Shown in pieces: positions 34,480-46,168 of a stretch of 55,931 nt of DNA. A program made the translations under genes and the position numbers. Under the pieces are notes generated by a model. It ran no database searches. It was not told where the DNA came from and saw only the letters and a program-made list of their open reading frames with translations. This stretch comes from a virus (Duplodnaviria; Caudoviricetes), in IMG/VR virus record IMGVR_UViG_3300016476_000183, positions 1-55,931 of that record. One strand, 5' to 3'. How positions within the stretch are numbered: the first letter of the stretch is position 1; each line of letters begins with the position of its first letter.

Positions 34480-35988
34480 ATGGCTTACGGCGGCGGTTTT
34501 CTTGGTGGTCTCAGTGAGTTTGCTGGCGGTCTCGCGCAGGGCATTCAGACTGAGAAAAAGATGCGGATGGAAGAACAAGAAGCCGCGATGCGCAAGGCTG
34601 AGTTCGATGCGCGCATGGAGGAAGTAGAGCGCCTCAAGCAAATTCGCAAAGGTATGGGCGGCGTGGCTGGGTATCAGGCTGCTCCAGATGTCAGTAACGT
34701 GCTAACCGATGAGCAGTACGAACAGCTTGGCAAGGAGCCGCCCACGTTCCAAGGTGGGGAAGACACCCGAGCGACTCGGGCATTTAGGGCTGGCGCAATG
34801 CCTTTGCCTGAGCCTCAAGTTCCTAACTTCGCTAAGGCCCCTGTACCCACCGATAGTGCGGAGGAAGCCCCTGCACCGAAAGCAGCTATCCCGGCTTCCC
34901 CGATGGTTCCTGCTCAAGTAGAAGCTCAAGCCCCGGCCCCGGCCCCTGCGGGTCTTCCTGCTCAAGGTGCTCAAGCCGAAGTCACCCCTACCCCTGCCCC
35001 TCAGGAAGCTCCGGTCGCGGAAGCTAAGCCTCTCGGCAAGGGAGACTACGTTCGTGCTCGTCTAGCTGATGGATCGGTTGGCTGGGTTCCCAAGAGCAAC
35101 GCGCAGTTGCGTGACGCTGCCGATGTTACCCGTGACATGGCTGAAGCTGTCCGTGCGATTGACCCGGAAATGTACCAACGGATGCTGGCCAACTCGTACG
35201 ATCTGGATGTTAAGCGCATTCAGGCAACCACTGCCCGGTACGGGGATGCCGTGGCTCAGGCTGCTCGCGTGTTCCAAGCCAATCCTGAAGAGGGTGTGAA
35301 GCAGTTGACCAAGGCTTGGTCGCTGATGCCTGACATGACGGACGCTGACATTAAGCAGAACGACGACGGCACTCTGTCGGTTCAGCGTTACATCACTAAG
35401 GGCGACAAAAAGATTCCGGTCGAGAACGCCCAGAAGTACAAGCCTGAAGACCTGTTCCGCTTCGCTGTATCGCTGGCATCGCCTGATGCTATGCGTCAGT
35501 ACTCGGTCGATCAAGCTGCGTTTGCTGCGCAGGAGTTTGAGAAGACCATGAAGAAGGAAGAGTTCAAACTTGCTCGCGAGAAGTTTGACTTTGATAAGAT
35601 GGACTCCAACCGTCGCTATGGGTTGAGTGCCGCTGCTGCTCGTCGTGCCGCCAGTGGCGGAGGTTCCTCGACAGGTGGGTACGGTGTTCCGTCCACGATG
35701 CCAGTATACGGAACAGATGCGGATGGTCGGCGTGTAGTAGTTGGTCAGGATGTTGTACGTAAAGGCAAGGGCGGCAGGATCGAAACCCTGTCCACAGCCT
35801 TTGGTGGATACATGCCATACGGTTACGACTGGGATCGACTTGCTGTTGATATGCAACGAGAGGCGGGCAAGCTGAACCTTCAGGTGGGTATCGACGAAAA
35901 GACAGGACTTCCTGCGTATCGTGGTCTAAGGTCTGGTAAGGTTAGGCCGATCTCGGCAAATACTCTCGAACAATACCGCCGCAAGTAA
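34480..35988 (+). CDS. internal virion/ejection protein (putative)
   Basis: GGFLGGL..FAGGLAQG N-terminus, Pro/Ala linker, position. Confidence 0.65.
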   Translation: MAYGGGFLGGLSEFAGGLAQGIQTEKKMRMEEQEAAMRKAEFDARMEEVERLKQIRKGMGGVAGYQAAPDVSNVLTDEQYEQLGKEPPTFQGGEDTRATRAFRAGAMPLPEPQVPNFAKAPVPTDSAEEAPAPKAAIPASPMVPAQVEAQAPAPAPAGLPAQGAQAEVTPTPAPQEAPVAEAKPLGKGDYVRARLADGSVGWVPKSNAQLRDAADVTRDMAEAVRAIDPEMYQRMLANSYDLDVKRIQATTARYGDAVAQAARVFQANPEEGVKQLTKAWSLMPDMTDADIKQNDDGTLSVQRYITKGDKKIPVENAQKYKPEDLFRFAVSLASPDAMRQYSVDQAAFAAQEFEKTMKKEEFKLAREKFDFDKMDSNRRYGLSAAAARRAASGGGSSTGGYGVPSTMPVYGTDADGRRVVVGQDVVRKGKGGRIETLSTAFGGYMPYGYDWDRLAVDMQREAGKLNLQVGIDEKTGLPAYRGLRSGKVRPISANTLEQYRRK

Positions 35989-36004
35989 ACACAGGTAGAC
36001 ACTT

Positions 36005-39000
36005 ATGCCCTCAGGTTTCCGCCCGATCAACGATCCACGTCAGGGCGCTCGTACCGCACGTGGTGGCAATGCTGATAGTGGCGGGTTCCGGGTAATCTAC
36101 GATCCGGCGCAGGATGAAGCGCAGCGGAGGCAGCAGCAACAGCAACCTGCACCTAAGCAAGAAGAGGGCGGCTGGTTCGGTCGAGCACTTAAGCGCGGTA
36201 CTGGCGCGGCCATTGGTGGTGTAGGTGGCCTTCTTGAGGAACTCCCTGAAGCTCTTACCGCTGGAGCAGTTAATACTGGTCTACAGGTAGCGTCAGCCCT
36301 CACAGGTATACCGTTGCAAGCGTCCCGCCCAGTTTCCGGAGCACTCGGTAATGCTGCTGCGCAAGAAGTAGGGCGACAGGTAGGTACTCCGTACCGATCT
36401 TTTGTTGAGCCAGCGACTACAGCTATCCGCTCCACCGGTCAGCGGATGGTTCAGGCTGGCGGTACACCCGTCACACAAAGCTCAGATGTAACAAACCTGC
36501 CCGGAAGTTTTTCGGAAATTCCGGATTACCTCAGCACAGTAGGGAAGTTCGCGGCAGAGCGCACAGCGGAATCTGCTCCAACGATCTTGGCAGGTGCTGC
36601 AACTACAGCACTTACTCGTAGCCCCACCGCAGGTCGCTCTGTACTAGGTGGTCTCGGCGGAGCGCAAACATATACAGGCATCCGCGAGCAGCAGAAGGAA
36701 GCCGGGGTAACAGATTACTCACGCGCTACCGCTGCGACAATCGCATCTACAGGTCTGGACCTTATCTCTGGTACAGGCAAAGCAGTCACGTCTATTGGGC
36801 AGGGCGCTCGTGAAGGTATCTTCAAGACTGCGTATAAGACTGCCAAGGAAGAAGCTCCTACAGAAGTAGCGCAAACATTTTTTGAGCGTTACGGCGGGTA
36901 TCAGGACCTGACCAGCCGCGAAGCAGTGGATGAGTACATTGGGTCGTTCATCGCTGGCGCTGCTGGCGGTGCGTTCTTCGGTGGTTCCGCTGGTGTTACC
37001 AACAAGTTTATTAAGCCGAAGACTGAGCCGGGGCAGGGAGATCAAGATGCGTCGCTCATCAAGGGCAAGGAAGACACAGACCTTGGCTCCGATGTAGCTG
37101 GTGGCACTGAAGCAGACGACACGATCACGAGCGGTACCAAGGCAGCCGAGCCTGTGCGCGAGCCGCAGATTCTTCCCACGGAAGTGGTCAAGGGTCTATT
37201 CAACGAGGGCAACGTGATTGCCTCGCTCAGCAACACAGGCATCGCACCCAAGTATCTACCTACTCTGGCAAAGCGTCTGACATCTGCGTTCCAGTCAAAC
37301 AACGAAAAGGAACTGGACAACATCCTGAAGGCACAGGAGCGCCGGGTTGATCCCGCACACTCCAGCGTAAAATCGGACGAAGACCTCGCCCGCAACGAGG
37401 CGGTCTATGGTGCGGTGTCTCAGCTTATCGGGAACTTCCGCGAGTTCCACAATCAGGCTCTGCAAGAAGAAGAGTTGCTGACTGGCCCGTCCGAAGTCAC
37501 CAAGTATGTTGGCGAGAAGCTCAAGCAGGAGGTGGCACGGGCCAAGGAAGCGCAGCTTCGCACACAGCAGGCAGATCAAATCCTGAACGCTCAGCGTCAG
37601 GAAGCTGAACTCCAAGAACAGCAGCGCATCGCCAGTGAGGCGGCTGCCCGTGAACAGGAAATCGCTGCGGCTGCCAAGCGTGTGGAGAACATCCACCGTC
37701 AAGGTATCTTGCAGACTGTCGTTAATGACCCTGAAACCCGCGACCCGGTGAAGCGGTTCACATCTTTGCTCAAGCGCAACAACTTCGACGCTACAGTTTC
37801 TCCAGAAGAAGCCAAGGCGTTGGAGGCTGCCACTGCCAAGCTGGAACAGCGCACTGCTGGTGAGGCCGCTAAGGCTGGTCTGTCGGTGGAGGAGTACAAG
37901 CAGAACCTTCCTGCCAAGTCGCTGCGTGAAGCAGAGAACTTGGGCATGACACCTGAGCAGTACATGACTGCCAAGGGTGCAGCCGACGAGATGGGTATCT
38001 CGGTTCCGGCGTTTATTCAGATGCAGCAAGAGCAGCAGTTGGCTCGTCAAGCTGTACAAGCACAGCCCCCTGCGAAGCCCCCGGTTCCGTTCTTTGAACT
38101 TCAGGCAGAGCGGGAGATGGGTCCTGCTGATATCGCTGCCATGGAGAAGGCTCAGGCCAAGCGTGAGCGCAAGGCACAGCGCGATGCTGCTAAGATGGCA
38201 GAGCAGGCGGTCGAAGATCGCGATCAGCTTTCGTTCCTGACAGAGGCAGCCCCTGCTCCCGAAGTACTGGAAGGTAAGAAGGTCGTTACCCCAGCCAAGA
38301 CTGGCATCAAGCAGCGGTTTGATGTTGGTAAGAAGCGGGCTGAAGCGTTCGATATCGCTGAGCGTGAACGCCGTGCCAAGGCGCTGGAAGAAGCTCGGGC
38401 CAAGGCTGCCAAGGCCAAGAAGTCTAAGCGCCCTGCGCTGCCCAAGGACAAGGTTGCAGAGACTAAGCCTGAACAGAAGGCTAAGCGCCCTGCGCTGCCC
38501 AAGGACAAGGTGGTTGAACAGAAGGCTGAGCCTAAGCCTGTACTCAAGGAGAAGAAGAGTGCCGCTCAAAAAAGGAAGAAGCCAGAAAGTGGTGTCAGCC
38601 AACGTGTCCGAGCTAGTGAGGGGCGGAAGGCCCCAGAAGCAGGCCGTGGCAATCGCCCTGAGCAAGGCCGGGAAAAGCCGAAAGCAGCCGAAGAAAAAGT
38701 AAAGGCCCCCACCGCTGAGGAGATCGGAGATCGCATCTACGATTACACGGCAGAACTGGATCGCACCGGCCTGATTAAGTATGCCCGCAGCCTGCACAAG
38801 CAGGGTGTGATATCCAAGGATGATATCAACGAGATCGAGCGCATGTCCAAGGATCGGGACATGGGCGTGGAGGATATCGCCAACGAGCTTAGCGGTCAGG
38901 TAGATGTTGCTCTTAACCCTAAGGCAGAACCTGCGCCCGCTCCGCTGAGCTACGAGGATGTTCTGAAGGAGGCTGAGACCTATCTTGCCGAAGATGGTGA

Positions 39001-42000
39001 GACAGGTCTGCTCAAGCCCAAGGAGTATCAGCAACTTTCTCTGCTGGCAGAGCAGGGCGGAATGTCTCCGCAAGAGCTTCGTGATCGTCTCGATGCTATC
39101 GTAACTGCTCGCAGTGAGCGGGCCATGTCTGATGCAACAAGCAAGATGCAGGCTGGCGGTTCGGTCAAGAAGGCTCAGGAAAATCGTCGTAAGCTGGACA
39201 AGGTTGCTCAAAACCTGCGCGCCCAACTTCGTGCCATGGGGTTGGAGCAAGCTGCTGTTGGCCTGTCAGATAAGAAGACAGTCGGTGCAAGGGGTAAGTA
39301 CGACCCTAACACTAAGCTGATGATGGTTGCGTACGATCTGTCCGAGCGCGGTAGGTCGGCCACGTTGAACCACGAAGTTATCCACTATCTGGTAGACATA
39401 GGCGCGCTGACCAAAGATGATTGGTCCAAGCTGGAAGCTGCTGCTGCCAAGAACAAGCGTCTTCAGCGCTGGTACACTGCTAACTATAAGTCTCTGTACG
39501 AGGGACAAGAGTATGCAGATATGCGCGCCGAAGAGATTGTTGCTGAGATGTTCTCGGAGTGGATGGAGAGCAGGCAGCCTGCGCCATCTGGACTTGGCGG
39601 CATCTTTACCAAGATCAAGAACTTCTTCCGCGCCATCACCAACGCTTACAAGCGCGAGGGTTTTGATACTGCGGAATCTGTGTTCGAGGCTATTGCTTCA
39701 GGGCAGCGTTCGGACGTGGGCATAGACCTGTTTAAGTCCAAGTCATCTAAGACAGCCAAGTATAGCGCATCCCAAGATGACACGCTCGCTGGCAAGAACA
39801 TGCCCGACAAGGTTGGCTCCTTCGCCAAGAACATCGGCAAGCGGTTTCTTAGTGCCACGGATGAAAACCTGACGGTCTACGGGTTTACTGAGAACCTGAT
39901 CGAAGACGCGCAGAAGCTGATCCCTTCCACGAAGAAGTACCTGACTTCCATGCGGGACCGCATGATGAAGAAGGAAGAGATGACTCGTCACATCGACGGC
40001 ATCCGCTCCAAGTTCGTGGGTCTTGGGTTGCAGCGTCAGGGCGTTGGCAGCGGGACCATCAACGGGTTCCTTCAGAACACCGTGAACACAGAGAAGTGGG
40101 GCTTCCAGCCTGACTGGCTTGATGCTGAGGTAGAGGTTGATCCCGATCTCGAAGCTGAGTTCAAGCGTCTGCCTGCCAAGGAGCAGGAGATCGTCAAGGA
40201 AGCGCTCAAGACTAGCTATGATACGTTGAAGACCAAGATCGACACAGTGATCGAGGCTGTCAACAGCAACTATGAGACCTTGATCCTCAAGGCCATGGAC
40301 GAGAACAACGAGAAGAAAGTCGCCAAGCTGGAGCTTGAGCAGAAGAATGCTCTCGCTGAATACCGTGGCCTGTTCGCTGCTCGCAAGGACAAACCATACA
40401 TCACAACGCGCCGCTTCGGTGACTACATGGTGGTGGCCAAGTCAGCGGATATGCACACTGCTGTAGAACTTGGTGACAAGAAGCTGGTCGAGGAGATGAA
40501 GGGTCAGGAAGATCACTACTTCGTCCAGCGCTACGACACCTTGCAAGAAGCTCGTGATGCTCGTCAGAAGCTAATCGAGTCTGGTGCGTTCAAGGACGGC
40601 ACTGTGGTGGCAGGTGAGGTGGACAAAACATACCAGCAGTTCGTTGGTAGCCGCGACATGATGCTGGCGTATGATCGTCTGCGCAAGCTGATCCAGAATC
40701 AGGTCGAAGCTCTGGATGAAACCAACAAGGTCAACGCCAAGGTTATCGCCAACATGGAGCGTATGGCGGTGGACCTTCAGCTTCTGGCGCTGAAGCAGAC
40801 ATCGGCACGTAAGTCCGAACTGCGCAAGCTGGGTGTGGCTGCTGGTGAAATGGATATGATGCGCAACTTCGTGGCACAGGGTGCTGCCGATGCGCACATG
40901 ATCTCGTCGCTGATGTACAGCAAGAAGATCGACGAAGCCATTGAGGGTATGCGCAAGGAAGCGTTCTCTGACTTCAGCGCTGATCCCGAAAAGGCTCGCC
41001 GGTTCTACAACGAACTGATGCTGCGCCACGCTGCGGGCATGGCGTATGAGCACAGCAACATGGCAGAGACCATCAAGACGGCAACGTCGATGATGATGTT
41101 GTCGCTCAGCCCGTCCTACTACCTGACTAACATGACCCAGCCGTGGGTCCTCAGCGTACCGTACATGGCAGGGGAGCACTCCTACGCCAAGGTTAGTGCT
41201 GAGATGCTGAAGTCGTATGGCGAAGTCGCCAAGGCGTGGGGTGATCTTAACGTCATCGACCCGTTGGACCTCAGCAAGGTTAGCTCGGACGTGCGTAATG
41301 CCATCGAAGAGCTTGCTAACCGGGGCCGCATCGACATCGGTGTGGACAAGGAGATCGGTGAGTTCCACTCGCTCAAGGCGGGCAAGGTGTCGAACGCATT
41401 CGACAAGAGCGGTGCAGTTATTCGTGCCATGTCTCAGAAGATCGAGTCGATCAACCGTGTGTCCACCGCCGCTGCGGCATATCGACTGGCAGTAGCTAAG
41501 GGTAAGTCTCACGAACAAGCTGTGGACTATGCCGACAAAGTTATCCGTACCACTCATGGTACATACGATGGCTTCAACGCACCTCGCTGGATGCGCGGCC
41601 CTGTTGCCAGCACGATCACACAGTTCAAGAAGTTCCAGCTTATGCAGGTAACTCTCCTGTGGAAGCTGCTCAAGAACTCGATCTCTAAGGCTGACACAAG
41701 AGAGGCTAAGCTGGAGCGGGCAGTCGCACGTCGCCAATTCGCCTTCACCATGTGGCATACCATGGCTCTCGCGGGTCTCAGGGGTATGCCGGGTATGACG
41801 GCTGTCATCTTCTTGTGGAACCTGATTGTCGGTGCCATGGATGACGACGACGAGCCGGAAGATATCGAGCAGGAAATCCGGGATGCCATCGGCAAGGACT
41901 ACGCGGAACTTATTTTGACGGGTGCCCCATCTCTAGCTGGTATCGACATCTCGGATCGTGTTGGCATGGGTCAGGCGTTCTCGATCATGCCATACACCGA

Positions 42001-42610
42001 CATCAAGTTCAGTCGCGAGGGGTTTTTCTCGGCACTGGCCGGTCTGCTTGGTCCGGGTGCAGCACTGGTGGGTAAGGCCGGTGATGCTGCCAATGCTCTG
42101 TACAAGTATGGAGATTACTACGGCGCTCTCGGTAAGCTGCTGCCCAACGGTATCGACGATGCCTATGCCGCTGTCCGTGAAGCCACTGGTGGGGTGAAGC
42201 GTGGTGGCGACACCGTGATTGATCCAGAGGACATCGACTTCGCACAGACATTCGCTCGTGCCATGGGTGTGATGACGACTGAGCGGGCTGAGCGGCTGCG
42301 CAAGCAGGATCGGAACTATTCTGTGCGGGAAGCTCTGAAGAACCGTAGCGGGCAGATCACACGTGCATACGTCGAGGCACGGGACAGCGGAGATGCTGAA
42401 GCTCGCAAGGCTGCCGAAGAAGATTGGAAGGCGTTGCAGGTAGAGCGTGAACGCCTTGGCGAGAAGAAGCAGCCACTGTCCAACCTGCTGAAGGCGTACC
42501 GTGCTCGCGAAACCAAGCGGAAGTCCATCGTCAAGGGTGTCGAGTACAGCCCCAAGAGTGAGGCGCTGCGCCGTGCGCAGGAAGAAGCCGAAGCTGAGGA
42601 CGAGGAATAA
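36005..42610 (+). CDS. giant internal virion (polyvalent-type) protein, 2201 aa
   Basis: Hydrophobic Gly-rich N-terminal part, HEVIH plus EE..AE peptidase-like motif, RRFGDY (PLxRFG-like), hydrophobic C-terminal helices. Confidence 0.85.
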   Translation: MPSGFRPINDPRQGARTARGGNADSGGFRVIYDPAQDEAQRRQQQQQPAPKQEEGGWFGRALKRGTGAAIGGVGGLLEELPEALTAGAVNTGLQVASALTGIPLQASRPVSGALGNAAAQEVGRQVGTPYRSFVEPATTAIRSTGQRMVQAGGTPVTQSSDVTNLPGSFSEIPDYLSTVGKFAAERTAESAPTILAGAATTALTRSPTAGRSVLGGLGGAQTYTGIREQQKEAGVTDYSRATAATIASTGLDLISGTGKAVTSIGQGAREGIFKTAYKTAKEEAPTEVAQTFFERYGGYQDLTSREAVDEYIGSFIAGAAGGAFFGGSAGVTNKFIKPKTEPGQGDQDASLIKGKEDTDLGSDVAGGTEADDTITSGTKAAEPVREPQILPTEVVKGLFNEGNVIASLSNTGIAPKYLPTLAKRLTSAFQSNNEKELDNILKAQERRVDPAHSSVKSDEDLARNEAVYGAVSQLIGNFREFHNQALQEEELLTGPSEVTKYVGEKLKQEVARAKEAQLRTQQADQILNAQRQEAELQEQQRIASEAAAREQEIAAAAKRVENIHRQGILQTVVNDPETRDPVKRFTSLLKRNNFDATVSPEEAKALEAATAKLEQRTAGEAAKAGLSVEEYKQNLPAKSLREAENLGMTPEQYMTAKGAADEMGISVPAFIQMQQEQQLARQAVQAQPPAKPPVPFFELQAEREMGPADIAAMEKAQAKRERKAQRDAAKMAEQAVEDRDQLSFLTEAAPAPEVLEGKKVVTPAKTGIKQRFDVGKKRAEAFDIAERERRAKALEEARAKAAKAKKSKRPALPKDKVAETKPEQKAKRPALPKDKVVEQKAEPKPVLKEKKSAAQKRKKPESGVSQRVRASEGRKAPEAGRGNRPEQGREKPKAAEEKVKAPTAEEIGDRIYDYTAELDRTGLIKYARSLHKQGVISKDDINEIERMSKDRDMGVEDIANELSGQVDVALNPKAEPAPAPLSYEDVLKEAETYLAEDGETGLLKPKEYQQLSLLAEQGGMSPQELRDRLDAIVTARSERAMSDATSKMQAGGSVKKAQENRRKLDKVAQNLRAQLRAMGLEQAAVGLSDKKTVGARGKYDPNTKLMMVAYDLSERGRSATLNHEVIHYLVDIGALTKDDWSKLEAAAAKNKRLQRWYTANYKSLYEGQEYADMRAEEIVAEMFSEWMESRQPAPSGLGGIFTKIKNFFRAITNAYKREGFDTAESVFEAIASGQRSDVGIDLFKSKSSKTAKYSASQDDTLAGKNMPDKVGSFAKNIGKRFLSATDENLTVYGFTENLIEDAQKLIPSTKKYLTSMRDRMMKKEEMTRHIDGIRSKFVGLGLQRQGVGSGTINGFLQNTVNTEKWGFQPDWLDAEVEVDPDLEAEFKRLPAKEQEIVKEALKTSYDTLKTKIDTVIEAVNSNYETLILKAMDENNEKKVAKLELEQKNALAEYRGLFAARKDKPYITTRRFGDYMVVAKSADMHTAVELGDKKLVEEMKGQEDHYFVQRYDTLQEARDARQKLIESGAFKDGTVVAGEVDKTYQQFVGSRDMMLAYDRLRKLIQNQVEALDETNKVNAKVIANMERMAVDLQLLALKQTSARKSELRKLGVAAGEMDMMRNFVAQGAADAHMISSLMYSKKIDEAIEGMRKEAFSDFSADPEKARRFYNELMLRHAAGMAYEHSNMAETIKTATSMMMLSLSPSYYLTNMTQPWVLSVPYMAGEHSYAKVSAEMLKSYGEVAKAWGDLNVIDPLDLSKVSSDVRNAIEELANRGRIDIGVDKEIGEFHSLKAGKVSNAFDKSGAVIRAMSQKIESINRVSTAAAAYRLAVAKGKSHEQAVDYADKVIRTTHGTYDGFNAPRWMRGPVASTITQFKKFQLMQVTLLWKLLKNSISKADTREAKLERAVARRQFAFTMWHTMALAGLRGMPGMTAVIFLWNLIVGAMDDDDEPEDIEQEIRDAIGKDYAELILTGAPSLAGIDISDRVGMGQAFSIMPYTDIKFSREGFFSALAGLLGPGAALVGKAGDAANALYKYGDYYGALGKLLPNGIDDAYAAVREATGGVKRGGDTVIDPEDIDFAQTFARAMGVMTTERAERLRKQDRNYSVREALKNRSGQITRAYVEARDSGDAEARKAAEEDWKALQVERERLGEKKQPLSNLLKAYRARETKRKSIVKGVEYSPKSEALRRAQEEAEAEDEE
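38424..38511 (+). repeat. 31-nt direct repeat, period 57 ([10 protein letters not shown] x2)
   Basis: CTAAGCGCCCTGCGCTGCCCAAGGACAAGGT at 38424 and 38481. Confidence 0.9.
38559..38702 (+). CDS. nested small basic phage protein in an alternative frame (47 aa)
   Basis: AAGGAG-7 nt-[50 protein letters not shown]. Confidence 0.7.
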   Translation: MPLKKGRSQKVVSANVSELVRGGRPQKQAVAIALSKAGKSRKQPKKK

Positions 42611-42650
42611 AAGAAAACCCCCCACCAGCTTCCAATCTAGTGGGGGGTTT
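42611..42650. terminator. terminator between convergent late and replication blocks
   Basis: AAACCCCCCA/TGGGGGGTTT stem with A-rich left flank. Confidence 0.75.
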
Positions 42651-42721
42651 AGTTAGTAGCAAAGCCACTAGGAGACTGACAGAAGAGACCAACCGACTGT
42701 CGATGCTGTAGTACCGGATGC

Positions 42722-45703
42722 TCAGGTACTAATCAAGTCATCTATTTCGTTTTCCCCATCCCCGTCAGATTTTTTCTCGAAGAAGGATTCACCTACCGTG
42801 GCGGGTTGAACGGGTTGGCCGGTCAGCTTGACCTTGGCACCAATGGGATCGTCACCCAGCAACTCGTTCATCTTAACAGCGTCGAGTTCCCAGCACAGCA
42901 CAGACGTGGATGTGCCAGCGTACTTGGCAACACCTTGGCCCAGCTTGATGCGGGCAGGCTTGGCGGAGATAACGCCGCCGTTGGTAAGCGCTGCTTCGAT
43001 TTCCTTGAGCGGTACACCGTGCTTGGTTGCCCAGTCACGTGCTGCGGACACGCTGAGGATAAGAACCTCGCGAGTGTTCTTGTCGGTGGGATAGATATAA
43101 CGACCGATGAGAGAGGCGGTGCCACGTGGTTCGGAGATGATACGAGCCGACTCGCTCTTGGCAAGGTTGCCGCGACCACTGGTGACAAGGATGCCGCTCT
43201 GAAGCTCGGACAACATACGACCAAACTGCTCAGCCGGGTCAGCAGTGGACTGCGTTACCGTGGTACGTGCTGACTTGAGTTCGTTCTTAACCCACTTCAG
43301 CAAACCAACTTGGTCGATCTGGAGCAGATCAAGCTCAGCCACGAGGTCGCGAGCCACGAAGATGGTGGCGAACAGCAGCGCCCAGTAACGCTCCTTGTCC
43401 TGCATGTCGAAGTACTTGGTGAGCTTAGCGTGGGTGGACCACAACCGCTCCAGCACAATATCGTAGTTGTCAGATACGTACTTGATGTAGATCGGTCCAG
43501 CCAGACCGTAGTTGTCCTTGAGAAGCTGGGTGTACTTGACGAACTGATCGAGCGGCATCTTCTGCTTGCTGCGAGGGATGAACTCCCACAGACGCATCAA
43601 CTCGCCTTCTGCGTTGGCACGGTTTGCTGCCAGCTTTTCGGACAGGAGGGTGTTGCCGTTACCAAGGAAGATCGTGGACCACGAAGCGGTGGTCTTAAGT
43701 GCCGAGTCTGCACCGAGGCGCAGCTTACCTACACCGTTGCTCACACTGTAGACCAGTTCAGACGCGAACGAGTTCGTGCAGTTGGTCATTTCGTCGCCCA
43801 CCAGTGGCAGGTTCTTGAGCACACCAAGCTGTTCAAACAGTGCGTTGGAGGTGAACTGGTTGAGAACCATGTCACTCATGCCGTTGCCCCACGCTGTGAG
43901 GCCCGCTTTACAAGCTGTGGTCTTGCCGAAGCTGGAGTCGCCGGTCCCGGCGTACACAGTGATGCCGCCCTTCTGCTCCATCATACCGAACAGCGGAGCA
44001 GCAAACGATACCAGTACACAGAACTGCTGAGCCTCCAGACCCGGCACGTTGTACAGCTTATCCATGGCATGTTTCCACAGGTCCAGTGAACCCTTCTCGT
44101 GGAGAGCCTTGGCTACCTCAGGTGCGCCCTTGGTAAGCAGCGACTTGCCTTCATCGTTACCGGAGATCAGGCGGGTACCCAGTGCAAACGACTTGTCGTA
44201 CCACCCAAGCTGGCTGATCTGGCGAACTTCATTGAAGTCATCGCGCAGCTTGCGCGCCCACGCCTTAAGGTATGCCTGCACTGCTGCATTCTGATCGGTC
44301 ACGATCTCTCTCCTGCCAAGCTCTGAAATCAATTCCACGCCGCCTGCTGCGACCAGCTTGGTGTCCAGAACAAAGTCCCGCTGAGCCTTCTTCTTGTCAG
44401 TGAGCGTGATGTTCATCTTGTAACCCCAGTCAGTGAGGCTGTTGAACTCGCTGATGCGGGTGGTCGGGTAGAAGAGAACGTCAGAAATCTCGATCTTCTC
44501 TTTCTCCCACGTGATGATGCCCGTGTCAGGGTCCTGCTCTTTGGTAATGATCTCCCGCCACAGGCAGGACACCTTGTCACCGTCCTTGAGTGGACCCCAT
44601 CCGAACCCGTCAGGCATGGTGTGCAGATGTTTGTGAGGTAGGTCAGGGACATCCCCGTTCTCATCCGGGATGTACTGCGGTTCTTCTTCTGCGATACCCA
44701 GCACGATAGGCGACTTAATGTTGCCGAAGTGCGGGCACGACTCACACATGGCAGGGCGACAGTCCGACAGCCTCTCACAGGTTGTCGGTGCAAACTTGAG
44801 CGCTTGTGCTACCTTGCTGGATGTTTCACGTGCGCTGTAATCCGGGTGGCCAGACGACCACTCGTGGCAAATCTCTTCACCTTCTTCAGTGAATGCCAGC
44901 ACACCAATCGAGTGGTACCACGTGGGCTGATCTATATCGCCCTTCTTATCCATCATCTCATGGATAACCGCGCAGTGCTTAGCAATACGGAGCGCGCTCG
45001 ACGGACGGTACTCCTTCTGGATCACCAGATCGGAGTTGATGTTATCAACCTGCTTTTGCGGAGTGTTAGGTAGCGCGTCGTTGTCACGCAGGTACCTGTA
45101 CAGGGCAACATGGATTTCGGTCTGAGTGAATGTCTCACACTTGCGGATGAGACGGACTTCCTTGCGGGTGTCGTTCTTGAAGTTTGCCGCACCTACCGGG
45201 CGAAGCACACTGGCCTCATCCGAAGTACGGCTCTGGTCTACAGCCAGACCCCATGTCTTGGTGGCTTGCTTCAGGAGAGTAGCAGTCTCCTTCCATTTGG
45301 CACGGGTCATGTCCTCATCGCACGGCCAGTAGGCGTGGATGCCGTAACCGGAACTAACCAGCATCGGCTGGGGGAGACCCACCTCCTTGCAGAAAGCATC
45401 CAGACAAGCCACGGCAGTGCGGCGATCTGGGTACTCTTCCTTGGGCTTGCCCTCTTGGGTGTCTATGTCGAGCCAGAACGAACGAGTAAACGCTACGTTG
45501 TCCTGATGACGGGAGCCTTGGCTAACGAACGAGGAGCAGCCGAAGTAAACGTCAAGCCCTTTGTTGAGCAAGCGTTCAACGGATTCGGCTGCCCACTCGT
45601 TCGCCCCCCCGTAATAATGTTCGAACCGCCCATTAACTGGAGTGCATATGCACCGCAACCCTTGGGTCGGCAGAACAGTATCTAGAAATTGTTTAGTATC
45701 CAC
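42722..45703 (-). CDS. primase-helicase-type replication protein (RepB/AEP-like N-terminus plus DUF927)
   Basis: FWLDID, SSGYGIHAYW, VLRP.G..N.K, QLGW, GKTT, DEMT. Confidence 0.85.
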   Translation of the reverse strand: MDTKQFLDTVLPTQGLRCICTPVNGRFEHYYGGANEWAAESVERLLNKGLDVYFGCSSFVSQGSRHQDNVAFTRSFWLDIDTQEGKPKEEYPDRRTAVACLDAFCKEVGLPQPMLVSSGYGIHAYWPCDEDMTRAKWKETATLLKQATKTWGLAVDQSRTSDEASVLRPVGAANFKNDTRKEVRLIRKCETFTQTEIHVALYRYLRDNDALPNTPQKQVDNINSDLVIQKEYRPSSALRIAKHCAVIHEMMDKKGDIDQPTWYHSIGVLAFTEEGEEICHEWSSGHPDYSARETSSKVAQALKFAPTTCERLSDCRPAMCESCPHFGNIKSPIVLGIAEEEPQYIPDENGDVPDLPHKHLHTMPDGFGWGPLKDGDKVSCLWREIITKEQDPDTGIITWEKEKIEISDVLFYPTTRISEFNSLTDWGYKMNITLTDKKKAQRDFVLDTKLVAAGGVELISELGRREIVTDQNAAVQAYLKAWARKLRDDFNEVRQISQLGWYDKSFALGTRLISGNDEGKSLLTKGAPEVAKALHEKGSLDLWKHAMDKLYNVPGLEAQQFCVLVSFAAPLFGMMEQKGGITVYAGTGDSSFGKTTACKAGLTAWGNGMSDMVLNQFTSNALFEQLGVLKNLPLVGDEMTNCTNSFASELVYSVSNGVGKLRLGADSALKTTASWSTIFLGNGNTLLSEKLAANRANAEGELMRLWEFIPRSKQKMPLDQFVKYTQLLKDNYGLAGPIYIKYVSDNYDIVLERLWSTHAKLTKYFDMQDKERYWALLFATIFVARDLVAELDLLQIDQVGLLKWVKNELKSARTTVTQSTADPAEQFGRMLSELQSGILVTSGRGNLAKSESARIISEPRGTASLIGRYIYPTDKNTREVLILSVSAARDWATKHGVPLKEIEAALTNGGVISAKPARIKLGQGVAKYAGTSTSVLCWELDAVKMNELLGDDPIGAKVKLTGQPVQPATVGESFFEKKSDGDGENEIDDLIST

Positions 45704-45732
45704 GCCTGTACCACCACGCGATGGACCTGAGG

Positions 45733-46023
45733 TCAGACCTCAGAGTCGCTGTTGCTATTTACCGCTTCTTCTCCAAGGTGCTTGGCGATCACACGATCAA
45801 CGTAGCTACCCCGTTCGCGAGCCTTGATATCTCGTGGAACCGGAAGTTCCCCAGTCTCTACTGCCGCATCAATTGCGTCAAGTAGTTTATCCACGCGATC
45901 CTTGAGGTAGCGGTGCGGTTCGTTGTGTCCGTTGAACCATGAACTGACAGTCACACGGTGGACACCCAAATGCTTGGCGATGTCGTTGGGTAGAACCCCA
46001 GCGTCCTTAGCCACATCAAACAT
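45733..46023 (-). CDS. helix-turn-helix DNA-binding protein
   Basis: IAKHLGVHRVTVSSWFNG. Confidence 0.8.
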   Translation of the reverse strand: MFDVAKDAGVLPNDIAKHLGVHRVTVSSWFNGHNEPHRYLKDRVDKLLDAIDAAVETGELPVPRDIKARERGSYVDRVIAKHLGEEAVNSNSDSEV

Positions 46024-46040
46024 ATCTGATCTCCTGAATC

Positions 46041-46116
46041 TGGTGCCGCCTGTCAGACTCGAACTGACGACCTACCGCTTACAAGGCGGTTGCTCTACCA
46101 ACTGAGCTAAGGCGGC
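46041..46116 (-). tRNA. tRNA-Thr(UGU)
   Basis: GCCGCCT acceptor, AGCTCAGTTGGTAGAGC D arm, anticodon loop CTTGTAA, GTTCGAGTC T arm, encoded CCA. Confidence 0.95.
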
Positions 46117-46168
46117 TAGGCTGTCTTTCCAGCAGTCACAGGTCTTTCCCTGTCGTCAGGTGGTACCC

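Noticed and set aside
44821..44836. parS-like TGTTTCACGTG
   Set aside because: Second arm does not match, it is intragenic, and there are no par genes
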